From: Macrostomum hystrix
Taxonomy: Eukaryota; Animalia; Platyhelminthes
Length of the DNA stretch: 64,000 nucleotides
Direction: 5' to 3'
NCBI GenBank assembly: GCA_950097015.1
Contig: CATNEN010000007.1
Location: 2,852,001-2,916,000, forward strand
The stretch's first letter is position 1, and the number at the start of each line of letters is the position of its first letter. The notes below the pieces were generated by a model. The model was not told the origin of the DNA, searched no databases, and saw nothing but the letters and a program-made list of their open reading frames with translations. Below, piece after piece: positions 50,931 through 61,770 of this stretch. A program made the position numbers and the translations under genes.

Positions 50931-51662
50931 ATGAATTTCGTCTACTTTCTCATCGTCTTCGCAGTTGCCGAGGCCCGCGCTAGCACTTATTTTGAAATCG
51001 AAGCACTGCAATGTACCAGAGCCGACTTCCTGGAGACTCGCAGTGATGTCAAGTCCAAGATCGAGTGCGCGAGTCTGTGCGATGCCAAGCACGACTGCCA
51101 GGCATTCAGTGTGGCCGACAGTCCGTGCCAGCTGTTCGTGTTCAACAGGTGCAGCAAGTACGTGAGAGACTGCAGCTGTACTCGCATCAAGCAGGTGTTT
51201 GTGAAGCAGCAGCCGGGACTGCCGCCCGGAGCTCTGTGTCCTGCCGGATTCTCAGATAACTTGTGCGGCACAAAGTACCAGTTCTACGCTGATCTGAAGA
51301 ACTGGACTGTCGCCAAGGCTGCGTTCGACGCACTTCCAGGCCTCACAATCATGGCTGACGTTGCGGATCAAACTGAGATGAATCATTTGGGCTCCATGTT
51401 TTCTCGGGACAGTCGCACCAGAGTGCTTCTTGGAGGCTTTCAACTGCCGGGCAGTGCGGAGCCTTCTGGCGGATGGGTCTGGGCCAGCTGCAACTCCAGC
51501 ATCGGCAACAGCTTTTGGACCTCTGGTGAACCAAATAATGCTGGAGAAGTTGAGAATTATATCGTTAGTGGCACTGCGTACGGAGTCGGAATCAACGACA
51601 ATATGGAATACAAGTGGTACTTCGACGGCTCACTGGGAAAGTGCATCTCTCCGTTCGACTAG
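50931..51662 (+). CDS. Secreted PAN/apple + C-type lectin-like protein, copy 2 (243 aa)
   Basis: ATG at 50931 (track start is TTG); signal-like MNFVYFLIVFAVAEARA; same architecture; EPNN at the lectin Ca/sugar loop. Confidence 0.87.
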   Translation: MNFVYFLIVFAVAEARASTYFEIEALQCTRADFLETRSDVKSKIECASLCDAKHDCQAFSVADSPCQLFVFNRCSKYVRDCSCTRIKQVFVKQQPGLPPGALCPAGFSDNLCGTKYQFYADLKNWTVAKAAFDALPGLTIMADVADQTEMNHLGSMFSRDSRTRVLLGGFQLPGSAEPSGGWVWASCNSSIGNSFWTSGEPNNAGEVENYIVSGTAYGVGINDNMEYKWYFDGSLGKCISPFD

Positions 51663-52102
51663 CAGCCAAGAACGTTTAAATCTTATTGAAGCCCACGTAC
51701 TTACTAGCTAATCTCAGCTGGAAATCTAGAAACAATAATTTACGATCAAAATGGTAAGCAACGGACAGTCACACGTACGCAGTACAAAGTACACAGATCA
51801 ATAACGACACAATCAAAGTCTGTTTACATCTATCTGATGTAAAGTAAAAACTATCTTCATTTCATTTTCTAAACAACGGTCGTACTGCCAAAATTTATGG
51901 CTGTTTTCTTGTATGTAGCTTGTATGTAGTATGTAGATCGACTTTGAGAACTTCGGTAAACAGAGCTTCTAGCGAGATTGCGCTCTCAATTCTGCAATGA
52001 AAATATTTGTCCGTCCAAACCTTTTATGTCTCAAAACGAGGCCACAGCCCTGAAACTACAATGTACAGTTATCTATTTCAAAATGCTTTTGTTGAGACGC
52101 AA

Positions 52103-52165
52103 GTGCTGCTTCACAAACACCTGCTTGATGTGAATGGAGTTTCTCAAGTACTTGCCGCACCTGTT
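52103..52165 (-). pseudogene. Inverted fragment of the PAN-lectin conserved core
   Basis: Minus strand encodes NRCGKYLRNSIHIKQVFVKQH versus NRCSKYVRDCSCTRIKQVFVKQQ in the intact copies. Confidence 0.75.
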
Positions 52166-52299
52166 AAAAGTGTTTTAACAAAATGTTGAAGTATTTTATC
52201 CGACAAAAAAAATTAGTTTTTTTAGTAACTTAAGATAAAAAATGTTCATTAAAACAAAAAAACGTAATTTTTTTTTCGTTTTTCTCTTTTTAATGTTTG

Positions 52300-52468
52300 C
52301 AACTAGGCTAGTACTGAAGTCGGTGACTTATTACGGGATGAGTGAGCCGTGATGCATATCAAATACTGATAAAGACTTATTAAAGACTCTGACTGACCCC
52401 TGCCCTTCCGTTCTCTCTCCCAGACCCGCCATAAATCTCTTGGCGTTCAGTGATTTCTCAAACTTTCA
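52300..52468. repeat. Dispersed ~170-bp repeat, partial copy of the element at 56.2 kb
   Basis: ACTAGGCTAGTA.TGAAGTCGGTGACTTATTACGGGATGAGTGAGCC...CAAACTTTC is shared with 56201-56380. Confidence 0.85.
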
Positions 52469-52632
52469 ATAAAGAGATGGGGCGCAGTGTCTTTAATCAT
52501 TCGTCCAACTTTCTTTATTATCAATGCCCGCTATATCAAAGTCTAAATTTCTATCGTCTGCTAAAGTACGGCCCATTTCAATAAGCCATATATTTTAACA
52601 ACGCAAAGGAAAGGGACCCTCTGCACTGCGTG

Positions 52633-52730
52633 TAGGGGTCGCAATCCCGGGATCCCGGGATTCGGCCCCTTTTTCGAGATTTCTCAATCCCGGGATTCCG
52701 GGTCGGGATCCCGGAAAAGTCGGGATTTGA
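52633..52730 (+). mobile_element. Possible DNA-transposon/MITE terminus
   Basis: TAGGGGTCGCAATCCCGGGATCCCGGGATT followed by clustered ATCCCGGGAT palindromes; no matching opposite end seen. Confidence 0.35.
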
Positions 52731-53758
52731 TTAAGATAGAAAAATAATTTTTTTTAATCCATTTTCAGAACCAAATGCCATTGTTGTTGTTCAGAAAAAC
52801 ATGTATTTTCACAACCTCACCAAGCATCACATGCCATTAGATGCTAAAAATAGCCCAGGTCAGTGAGGTTGACGCTTAACAGCCTTAACGGCTTAAGTGT
52901 TAATCGAACTCTCCCGGGAATGCACACACTAATGTGATATTTTGACTTAGGTCTCTCTTTGCGTTGAGATCCCTAAATGAGGTCGGGTGTCCTACTCTTT
53001 GCGAGAGACTCTATTGCCGTGACTCGAAAATAACGAAGACAAGACGGTTCAGGATTCCAAGCTAAACAGCTGATAATTAAGTGTTAGTTAATTAACAAGA
53101 GAAGGCTATGGATGATTAATTCCCCTGGCAGCGCTCTTTCCGTCCCCTGCCAGGTACTGTACTTGATTAAATATTAGGCTCACAACCCGCACTGGTAAAT
53201 TACTAATAAAATCTCGGTAGCCTCAACACAAGAACACGCGAACTCTACTCGAAAATACTCTAGACACATACAAGAACTCACGAAAATAACGCGACAATTA
53301 ACACCTATACAAAAGCATAGTCCCTATGACAAAACAAGACAAATAATACAACCTAACCCAAAGTCCTTAGTCTGAACCGAGGCGACCAGCAAGCACTTCC
53401 GCACTATGGCACAACGATAGTTCTATCGTGCCCCACCTAATGTCAATTTGACGGCGTCCCACCGATGATGGTCGGCGAAATGGAGAGTACTTCCGTGCTT
53501 GCCAATCCCTATCTAACACTCCGTCAGCAGTTGGCCAGACGTACCGAGCTCAGCGCAAGCTACTTACTGACGTGGGATTGAGTGTGGGGTTTTCTTTGGC
53601 TAACTAGTTGGACCGGCTTACCTGTCCCGGTATCTATTACTAGGATGCGTTCAACGATTGCAACGAAGACGCACGAAAATGCACGCGAAAAGAGACACGA
53701 CGATGATACACACGATAAGACACACGACGATGAATCAAAATGACAACGCAATAGTCAG

Positions 53759-53930
53759 TTATATAGTCAAGCGCCCGCCCCAACCCTCATCAAAGCCTGG
53801 GTGCCGGCCGCGCCGCATGTTCTCCTGCCAGGTCGACCCTGCCGGTTAGCGAACTGACTGCTGATTGGCCCGGCCCGGGGTATCGCGCTTAAGTCGGTCG
53901 CATCAAATTGGCTAGCCGTCCTCCTATTGG
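53759..53930 (-). promoter_or_regulatory. Pol II promoter-like motif cluster, possibly the U3 of a long solo LTR
   Basis: On the minus strand: three CCAAT boxes (53930, 53911, 53868), a GGGGCGGGCG GC-box (53781-72) and TATATAA (53765-59), in the canonical order. Confidence 0.4.
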
Positions 53931-54162
53931 CTGGGCCCACCAGACCGGGGTCAGTCCAACGCCTTGGCTGTAGAGCAGGGTGACCGGCCGATCGCGTGCG
54001 TAGGCCTGGCTGGCGCGCATGTACAAAAACAACCCTGCTACAATAATTCATTAATGTTGAGTGCGCGAAAATGTTACTTCAAGTAGAAATATACGCATTA
54101 TAAAATAAACATGCCGACACTACACTAATGAAAATTGAAACCGAAATTTTATTAGTTGAAGC

Positions 54163-54421
54163 CACAGATACTATATTAAAGTTAATATAGTATCTGTGGA
54201 CCAAACCAATGCACATTTTCTTGAACTGATAACAGAGTCGTATGGGTCATGTGACTCTCTCTTTCTCGTTCTCGTTGTTGCAATCTTTAAACCACTTGAT
54301 TTGTTCATCCTTACAAAAAATACAAGCCATATTCTTTACTTGCTACCGAACAGAAAGTAGCTAAAATATTTAACAACATAAGTAAATGGAAGTGAACTAT
54401 CTAGTTAATATAGTATCTGTG
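54163..54421. mobile_element. 259-bp MITE with 17-bp TIRs and 8-bp TSD
   Basis: TIR CACAGATACTATATTAA / TTAATATAGTATCTGTG; TSD GTTGAAGC at 54155-62 and 54422-29; an uninterrupted paralogous site at ~54955-55020. Confidence 0.88.
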
Positions 54422-56155
54422 GTTGAAGCTTGACTTAGAAATAGAATACACAGGCTACAGCCCTCCATGCATTTGTCAGTGTTTGTTTGTGGGGACGAGA
54501 TTTCTGTCTATTGAGGTTTGAATGTAGATAAAGCCTCAAGGCTGTGCCGCCCGATCGATAAAAATCGAGGGGGAGGGGGTTCTCTCAGCCTGAGTGTCTG
54601 TGGCTTGAAGGGGGCCATCCAGCCCCTCCCTTTTGTTTAATGTACATGGCCCAGCTGAGATTGTCTTATCTAAGTACATGCAAGGTAAATTTTGTAAAAA
54701 CGATCTTGCGAATTTTTATATGTACAGAGACGAAATGTACCCAATACTATGCTGCATCGGATGAGCAGCTGCATTAGTGTTGGAAAATTCGATTTTTCGA
54801 AATGGAAGGCACATTGCAGCAATTTTGACACCCGGGGCCTATGCCAATTTCTCATAAGATTACTCATAAGATTTTAGTAGTGCAATTTCTCGAATCAAGT
54901 TTGGTGTCGTTGGATAGCATTTAGAGCCCTCTTCAAAAGGACAGCATCCACATAAAAATCGAAACCGAAATTTCATTAGTTGAAGCTTGACTTAAAATTA
55001 GAATACACGGGCTACAGCAATTTTACCTTGCAAAATTGCATGCTTTTTTTAATTTCTACGAAAACAACACGTTTTCCAACTGCAAATCAAGATTTAGCAT
55101 CTGGAATGTGACGCTGACTTTAAGTTGACATGTCATTCTCTTTCAAACATCCACATGCGTCTATTGAGACCATTTGCAGTTCAATACGACAAAGTGCACT
55201 ATCGTAGAGGCAGAAATGGCAAACTTTTTCTCTCATACGTACACCTGTACAGGTACATATTTTAGTACAGATGGCCAACTACTGAATGTGTGTACACGAG
55301 TCTAGTATCAAATGAAAGAGGGTCCTAATTGCAATTCAGCAACGCTTAGCGCAACACCAATGGATGCATCAATCAAAAGTTATGACTGATCCCGTTTTGC
55401 ATATTTAGCTCCCCGGGGGGGGTCAAAATTTGGGATTTTCGCATCCACCTTCGGGGCAAGTGGATGCTTAGAAAATTCAAAATATAAATTTTGTGCGCAC
55501 ATCTGTTGCGCTTCTAAAAACTGAAGCCGAATTCAAATCGCACACCAAATACGTTCTGGCCATGCAGTTTTGTACCTCGAAAAATGACTAAAAATGACCA
55601 AAATCACGTTTTTGGGATTTAATTACCCACATCTTCGGTAAACAACATCCAATCAGACTGAAACCAACATTTTCGGATAGGCGACACCCAAGAAAGTTGG
55701 TTGACATGTGTTGAAATGCAATTCAAGTCACCTGTCTGTGTCATAGAGGCGTCCAAAGTGCACACTGTACTAAAAGTAGTTTAAAAGTGCACATTTTTTT
55801 TCAATCATAAAAGTACACGGTCAAAAAATTTCTTCACCATCAAGTAGGCCCATGTGTTGGGGTTACGACCCAGCAAGTCAAAGTTTAAAAACATGCACAT
55901 TTTTTCAACCTCAAAAACCCGTTTTTTGACCCTTTGACCCAGAAGATGGGTCAGCAAGAAAAATTCCATATCAAATCATTGTAGGCTTCTATAGCTTGCA
56001 TCGACTGGATAGAGTCCAGACCGCATCCAAATCGGTTCAACTGGGCAAAAGCGGCAATCGTTAAAATTTGAAAGACGTGCTTTCCTATCCCGACACGTTG
56101 GCTACGTCTTATCAAGATGAGATATCGCATCCTTAATGCTCAAGAGAAGGACTCG

Positions 56156-56429
56156 CTTACGCTCGGCTTCCTCTTGGCCATTACTGGCTCACTCATCCCA
56201 ACTAGGCTAGTAATGAAGTCGGTGACTTATTACGGGATGAGTGAGCCGTGATGCATATCAAAGTACTGACTACTGATAAAGACTTATTAAAGACTCTGAC
56301 TGAGACTGACCCCTGCCCTTGTGTTCTCTCTCCTAGACCCGCCATAAATCCCTTGGCGTACAGTGATTTTTCAAACTTTCTTACGCTCGGCTTCCTCTTG
56401 TTCATTACTGGCTCACTCATCCCAACTAG
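56156..56429. repeat. Short element bounded by 50-bp direct repeats and containing 14-bp inverted repeats
   Basis: Direct repeats at 56156-56205 and 56380-56429 end in AACTAG; GGCTCACTCATCCC within them is the reverse complement of the internal GGGATGAGTGAGCC. Confidence 0.75.
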
Positions 56430-56895
56430 CTCGTATGCTTTCTTCGAATCAAGCCAAGTAACACCATAGAACTTATTCACCTGACTCTAGGTAGTCCTAA
56501 ATCAGCGCAGCATATTAGTGCTATTAAATTCTATTGTAGTCAGCTCAAAATCAGAGAAAGCTTGTTCAAAGCGGCTGCAAAGCGGGAGCGATGTTTGAAG
56601 TTAAAAAAGTTAAAAAACACATGCATGCATGATGAAAATGTGAATACAAAGCCTTGTTGAGCCTGAATATGCTGGAAAAACAGCATTTTAAGAGGTAAAA
56701 AACTGCAGCTCGCATTTCAGTTCTTAGCTTCCAGATCACAATTGAAAACATGGGTCTTGTGTTTATGCTTACCTGCAGGCACAATGCCGTGCAAAAAATG
56801 CCGAAGGAAAATATATTTAGACCTTTTTGCGACTGTCAAACAAAAGCATAAATGTGCCGACAAAACTGAAATACAAAAGCATCTGATTTCGGATC

Positions 56896-57672
56896 ATGGC
56901 GTCATCCATTGCCATGAAAATTTACTGTCGTCTGAGTATCGTCAGCCTAGTAATCGCAGCTGCTCGCTGCACAATGCCAAAGTGCCCTGCAAAGCGGCTG
57001 TTCCGCGAAACCCTGGGTCTACAGTGCCTGAGGCCTGAGTTCGTTCTGACGTACCAAGGACTGAAGTGCGTAACAGAGTGCGCGCTCTTATGCGATCGAG
57101 TCACTGATTGCCAGGCCTTCAGCATGGCCGATGGGCCGTGCCAGCTGTTCGTGTTCAACAGGTGCAGCAAGTACGTGAGAGACTGCAGCTGCACTCGCAT
57201 CAAGCAGGTGTTTGTGAAGCAGCAGTCGGGACTGCCACCCGGAACTCTGTGTCCTGCCGGATTCGCTGACGACTTTTGCGGTACCAAGTACAAGCTCTAT
57301 GAAAACTGGACCGACTGGGATTTGGCAAATGAGGCAGTCGATGCTTTGCCAGGCCTCACAATCATGGCTGACGTCACCGACCAGACTGAGATGGGCCATT
57401 TGCAAGCAGTTTTCAACCGGGATCGACTGACGAGGGTGATAATGGGAGGCATGCAGCTTCCAGGCAGCTCTGAGCCAGCCGGTGGATGGATCTGGGCCAG
57501 CTGCAACCTCAGCATCAGTGCCGACCTGTGGGCAGCAAAGCAGCCCAGCGATTTTGCCGGAATCGAAGATGTCGTAGTTGCTGGCTCGGACTTTCTGGGC
57601 TTGAACGACGGAAAGCGTTCGAAATCGATATTTGAAGGTGCATTTGTCGAGTGCGTGTCGCCGTTTAATTGA
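56896..57672 (+). CDS. Secreted PAN/apple + C-type lectin-like protein, copy 3 (258 aa; alternative ATG 56914)
   Basis: Hydrophobic LSIVSLVIAAARC leader, PAN cysteines, shared core, lectin-like domain with QPSD and LND. Confidence 0.85.
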   Translation: MASSIAMKIYCRLSIVSLVIAAARCTMPKCPAKRLFRETLGLQCLRPEFVLTYQGLKCVTECALLCDRVTDCQAFSMADGPCQLFVFNRCSKYVRDCSCTRIKQVFVKQQSGLPPGTLCPAGFADDFCGTKYKLYENWTDWDLANEAVDALPGLTIMADVTDQTEMGHLQAVFNRDRLTRVIMGGMQLPGSSEPAGGWIWASCNLSISADLWAAKQPSDFAGIEDVVVAGSDFLGLNDGKRSKSIFEGAFVECVSPFN

Positions 57673-57861
57673 AGCTGTGGACAGTCAATGTGTAAACTCA
57701 GTGCGTAATAGCCTAACAGGATGCTTAGAGAGAAAGGACTGCTAATTAGAAGGTGTCTTAACTTCATATCTATAAAATCTTGAGTATACAGATCGGCCAA
57801 AAATATGAATTTTAATAAACTGAATGTTTTTTGAGTGATTCTAATGTGCCAATGATCTAAT

Positions 57862-58935
57862 GATCAAGACGAAATCTGCGAGCCAACCGAGGAACCAGAA
57901 CCCCGCTAACCCTGTACGTGCGAATCGACGCGCGCCACCATCTCGATTTGAAGAGGGAGATGAGATGGAGCTTGACTGGTGGCTTGAATCGACTTGCTTG
58001 TTTAATTAACTTGAACTGACTTATTTACATCACCACATATTTACTATTCCTTTGTTCGTTTGTTTGAACCCACTGCAAGTTTGTGCTCATTCCTTTTCTA
58101 ATATAAGTAACTCCACTTGTCTACCTGTATGCGTGTTGGCCCACCAGCCCAAATATTTTCACCTTCCACCCTTCTCTTTTGATCGCTATAAAACACCTCG
58201 CAATTGCTGAGTCTCGCAAATATACCAAAGGAAATTCATCTCGTCTCTTTTTAGCAACAACGAAAACTAACGCCAACTTGGCGTACTTATTTGCGACACA
58301 ACACTTTTATATGTCTGGCCGGCGAGTAAAACGATTTCTTGGTAATGTTTATCATCAATTAGAAAGCAAAAGACTGCTTTGTATCTCAATTAATTTGTGT
58401 CTAGGTTTCAGAATAGAGTGAAACTCTTTCGTATTTGAAAGACGCATAGAATTCGGTAGTTTTCGTCAATAAAAACTGTTCTCGGTACTGAAAAATTCCC
58501 TCAAAAGACCGGTTTTTTCCGGTTTGAAAAAACTGATTTTGCGTCCCCAACTCGAACTCATCTGTGGGCGGAGCTGTCAATCAATAACTCATTGTTCTGT
58601 TTCTGGCCAAAATTTACCTTACAGGTAGCGTCTCCAGCCAAAAAAACACTAAAAAGAGATCTCGCACAGTGGCTCCAACGCATTGTAATCAAGTAAGCTT
58701 TCACAGATCAAGGCCCCTCAGCAGATAAAGGTTTTATCGTCCATTGTCTTTAAACGACGACGTAAATAGGCTTTGTGTATGTTACGCATCATCTATAGAA
58801 GTGCTGATTTTCATATTTAAAGAGCTAAACAAAACTTCCAGCTTTGTCTGCTTCAGTCCGAGTATTTATCCTCAAGTTAAAGTTTAAAAATCTCCCACTG
58901 GCTTCATAGGTGGCCAAGACTTAGACTCGTTTACA
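57862..58935 (+). repeat. Segmental duplicate of 60696-61770 (upstream region of lectin copies 4 and 5)
   Basis: Near-identical over ~1.07 kb; I counted only about ten differences by eye. Confidence 0.93.
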
Positions 58936-59664
58936 ATGCTGTTCCAACTGATAACTAGTTTAGCATTGCTGGCCACACCTGCAGCTAGCAGCGTATTCTA
59001 TGAAACAGTCGGGCAGCAGTGCATAAGAGCACAGTTCATGAGGTGCTTCATCAACATTTCGAGAAAGACGGAATGCGCCCTTCTGTGCGCCATTTCTACC
59101 GACTGCCAGGCATTCAGCGTGGCCGATGGTCCGTGCCAGCTGTTCGTGTTCAACAGGTGCAGCAAGTACGTGAGAGACTGCAGCTGCACTCGCATCAAGC
59201 AGGTGTTTGTGAAGCAGCAGTCGGGACTGCCACCCGGAGCTCTGTGTCCTGCTGGATTCGCTGACGACTTTTGCGGTACCAAGTACAAGCTCTATGAAAA
59301 CTGGACCGACTGGGATTTGGCAAAGGAGGCAGTCGATGCTTTGCCAGGCCTCACAATCATGGCTGACGTCACCGACCAGACTGAGATGGGCCATTGGCAA
59401 GCAGTTTTCAACCGGGACCGACTGATGAGGGTGATAATGGGAGGCATGCAGCTTCCAGGCAGCTCTGAGCCAGCCGGTGGATGGATCTGGGCCAGCTGCA
59501 ACCTCAGCATTAGTGCCGACCTGTGGGCAGCAAAGCAGCCCAGCAATGCCGGAATCGAAGATGTCGTAGTTGCTGGCTCGGACTTTCTTGGCTTGAACGA
59601 TGGAAAGCGTTCGAGTTCAAGATATGAAGGAGCATTTGTCGAGTGCGTGTCGCCGTTTAATTGA
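58936..59664 (+). CDS. Secreted PAN/apple + C-type lectin-like protein, copy 4 (242 aa), chimera of the copy 5 N-terminus and copy 3 C-terminus
   Basis: Protein is identical to copy 5 from the start to the core, then ~95% identical to copy 3 through the stop and 170 bp of 3' flank. Confidence 0.88.
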   Translation: MLFQLITSLALLATPAASSVFYETVGQQCIRAQFMRCFINISRKTECALLCAISTDCQAFSVADGPCQLFVFNRCSKYVRDCSCTRIKQVFVKQQSGLPPGALCPAGFADDFCGTKYKLYENWTDWDLAKEAVDALPGLTIMADVTDQTEMGHWQAVFNRDRLMRVIMGGMQLPGSSEPAGGWIWASCNLSISADLWAAKQPSNAGIEDVVVAGSDFLGLNDGKRSSSRYEGAFVECVSPFN

Positions 59665-60088
59665 AGCTGTTGACAGTGAATGTGCAAACTCAGTGCGTAA
59701 TAGCCTAACAGGATGCTTAGAGAGAAAGGACTGCTAATTAGAAGGTGTCTTAACTTCATATCTTTAAAATCTTGAGTATACAGATCGGCCAAAAATATGG
59801 ATTTTAATAAACTGAATGTTTTTCGAGTGATTCTAATGGCCTTTTATCTGTAAATTTTACAACAAGCTCCACTAGAACTGCTTATGACCTGCCCTAGTTC
59901 TCCGATCTCATATTTACCCACTGAAATTCACAGGAGCAATACATCAACATTATTTAAGAGCGTAAAATACTTTTTACCTGTCCAGTTAAGCAGTTTTCGT
60001 TCATATTTCATGTCTCATGTTCCATATCCTTCGAGCTCATGTAGAGCTCGTTTGAGATCAGGAAGCTGATAACATTGCCAAGGTCATC

Positions 60089-60800
60089 TTGATGGATGGC
60101 CATTCAACAGATGTGGATCTTCCACACCGTCAATCGTCTAGCGGGTGCTACAGGCTGTCTTCGAGAGAACCGGACTGCCCCACGTGCTGCGGAGCACCAT
60201 GGCGCAGATCTGCTCGCCTGGCTTTGGAGGATCGCTCTGCTAAGACGCCACCGAGACACCCGCAATCCAACGGCCTTGCGGACCGGATGTTCCAATCCGT
60301 CAAGAGAGCATCCTTGGACTCCTGAACTCCTGAATCCTTGGCTCCTGAACTACAGGTGCGCACCGCATGCGAGCCGGTTCAGAGCCCGACGCAACCCGAT
60401 CACGATGCAGACGCCAATTGGAGCGAGCGTCTGGCAAACGCCCGGGGGGCAAGCTGGCCCAAGAGCGAGTCGAGCTCGTGGCACAGAAGGGCACAAAAAT
60501 GCACAGAAGGGCACTAACACAGCACTGATCGCGCGACACGGAGGCCAGGTCACCCTGGCTCACGCTGACCAGCTGACTCACATCATCGAGAAGTGGCAGA
60601 CAGAGGAGGCACACCAGCTTGATGAGTCCGCCCTGCAGCAGCCCAGCGGTCCTGTTGAGCAGCAGCGAAGTCGGCAGCATCAACCGGACGGCCTCGATCA
60701 AGACAAAATCTGCGAGCCAACCGAGGAACCAGAACCCCGCTAACCCTGTACGTGCGAATCGACGCGCGCCACCATCTCGATTTGAAGAGGGAGATGAGAT
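60089..60800 (+). mobile_element. Degenerate Gypsy integrase 3' remnant
   Basis: TPPRHPQSNGLADR, LLNYRCAPHA, LAHADQL and RANRRAPPSRF motifs across shifted frames, followed by the purine tract GAAGAGGGAGATGAGA. Confidence 0.7.
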
Positions 60801-61770
60801 GGAGCTTGACTGGTGGCTTGAATCGACTTGCTTGTTTAATTAACTTGAACTGACTTATTTACATCACCACATATTTACTATTCCTTTGTTCGTTTGTTTG
60901 AACCCACTGCAAGTTTGTGCTCATTCCTTTTCTAATATAAGTAACTCCACTTGTCTACCTGTATGCGTGTTGGCCCACCAGCCCAAATATTTTCACCTTC
61001 CACCCTTCTCTTTTGATCGCTATAAAACACCTCGCAATTGCTGAGTCTCGCAAATATACCAAAGGAAATTCATCTCGTCTCTTTTTAGCAACAACGAAAA
61101 CTAACGCCAACTTGGCGTAGTTATTTGCGACACAACACTTTTATATGTCAGGCCGGCGAGCAAAAAGGATTTCTTGGAAATGTTTATCATCAATTAGAAA
61201 GCAAAAGACTGCTTTGTATCTCAATTAATTTGTGTCTAGGTTTCAGAATAGAGTAAAACTCTTTCGTATTTGAAAGACGCATAGAATTCGGTAGTTTTCG
61301 TCAATAAAAACTGTTCTCGGTACTGAAAAATTCCCTCAAAAGACCGGTTTTTTCCGGTTTGAAAAAACTGATTTTGCGTCCCCAACTCGAACTCATCTGT
61401 GGGCGGAGCTGTCAATCAATAACTCATTGTTCTGTTTCTGGCCAAAATTTACCTTACAGGTAGCGTCTCCAGCCAAAAAAACACTAAAAAGAGATCTCGC
61501 ACAGTGGCTCCAACGCATTGTAATCAAGTAAGCTTTCACAGATCAAGGCCCCTCAGCAGATAAAGGTTTTATCGTCCATTGTCTTTAAACGACGACGTAA
61601 ATAGGCTTTGTGTATGTTACGCATCATCTATAGAAGTGCTGATTTTCATATTTAAAGAGCTAAACAAAACTTCCAGCTTTGTCTGCTTTAGTCCGAGTAT
61701 TTATCCTCAAGTTAAAGTTTAAAAATCTCCCACTGGCTTCATAGGTGGCCAAGACTTAGACTCGTTTACA

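Noticed and set aside
52933-54042. Defined solo LTR with TG...CA ends
   Set aside because: No TSD for any candidate terminus pair; only the promoter-like motif cluster was retained.
56245-56310. Box C/D snoRNA (GTGATG...CTGA)
   Set aside because: Box C is imperfect, there is no terminal stem, and the sequence is part of a dispersed repeat.
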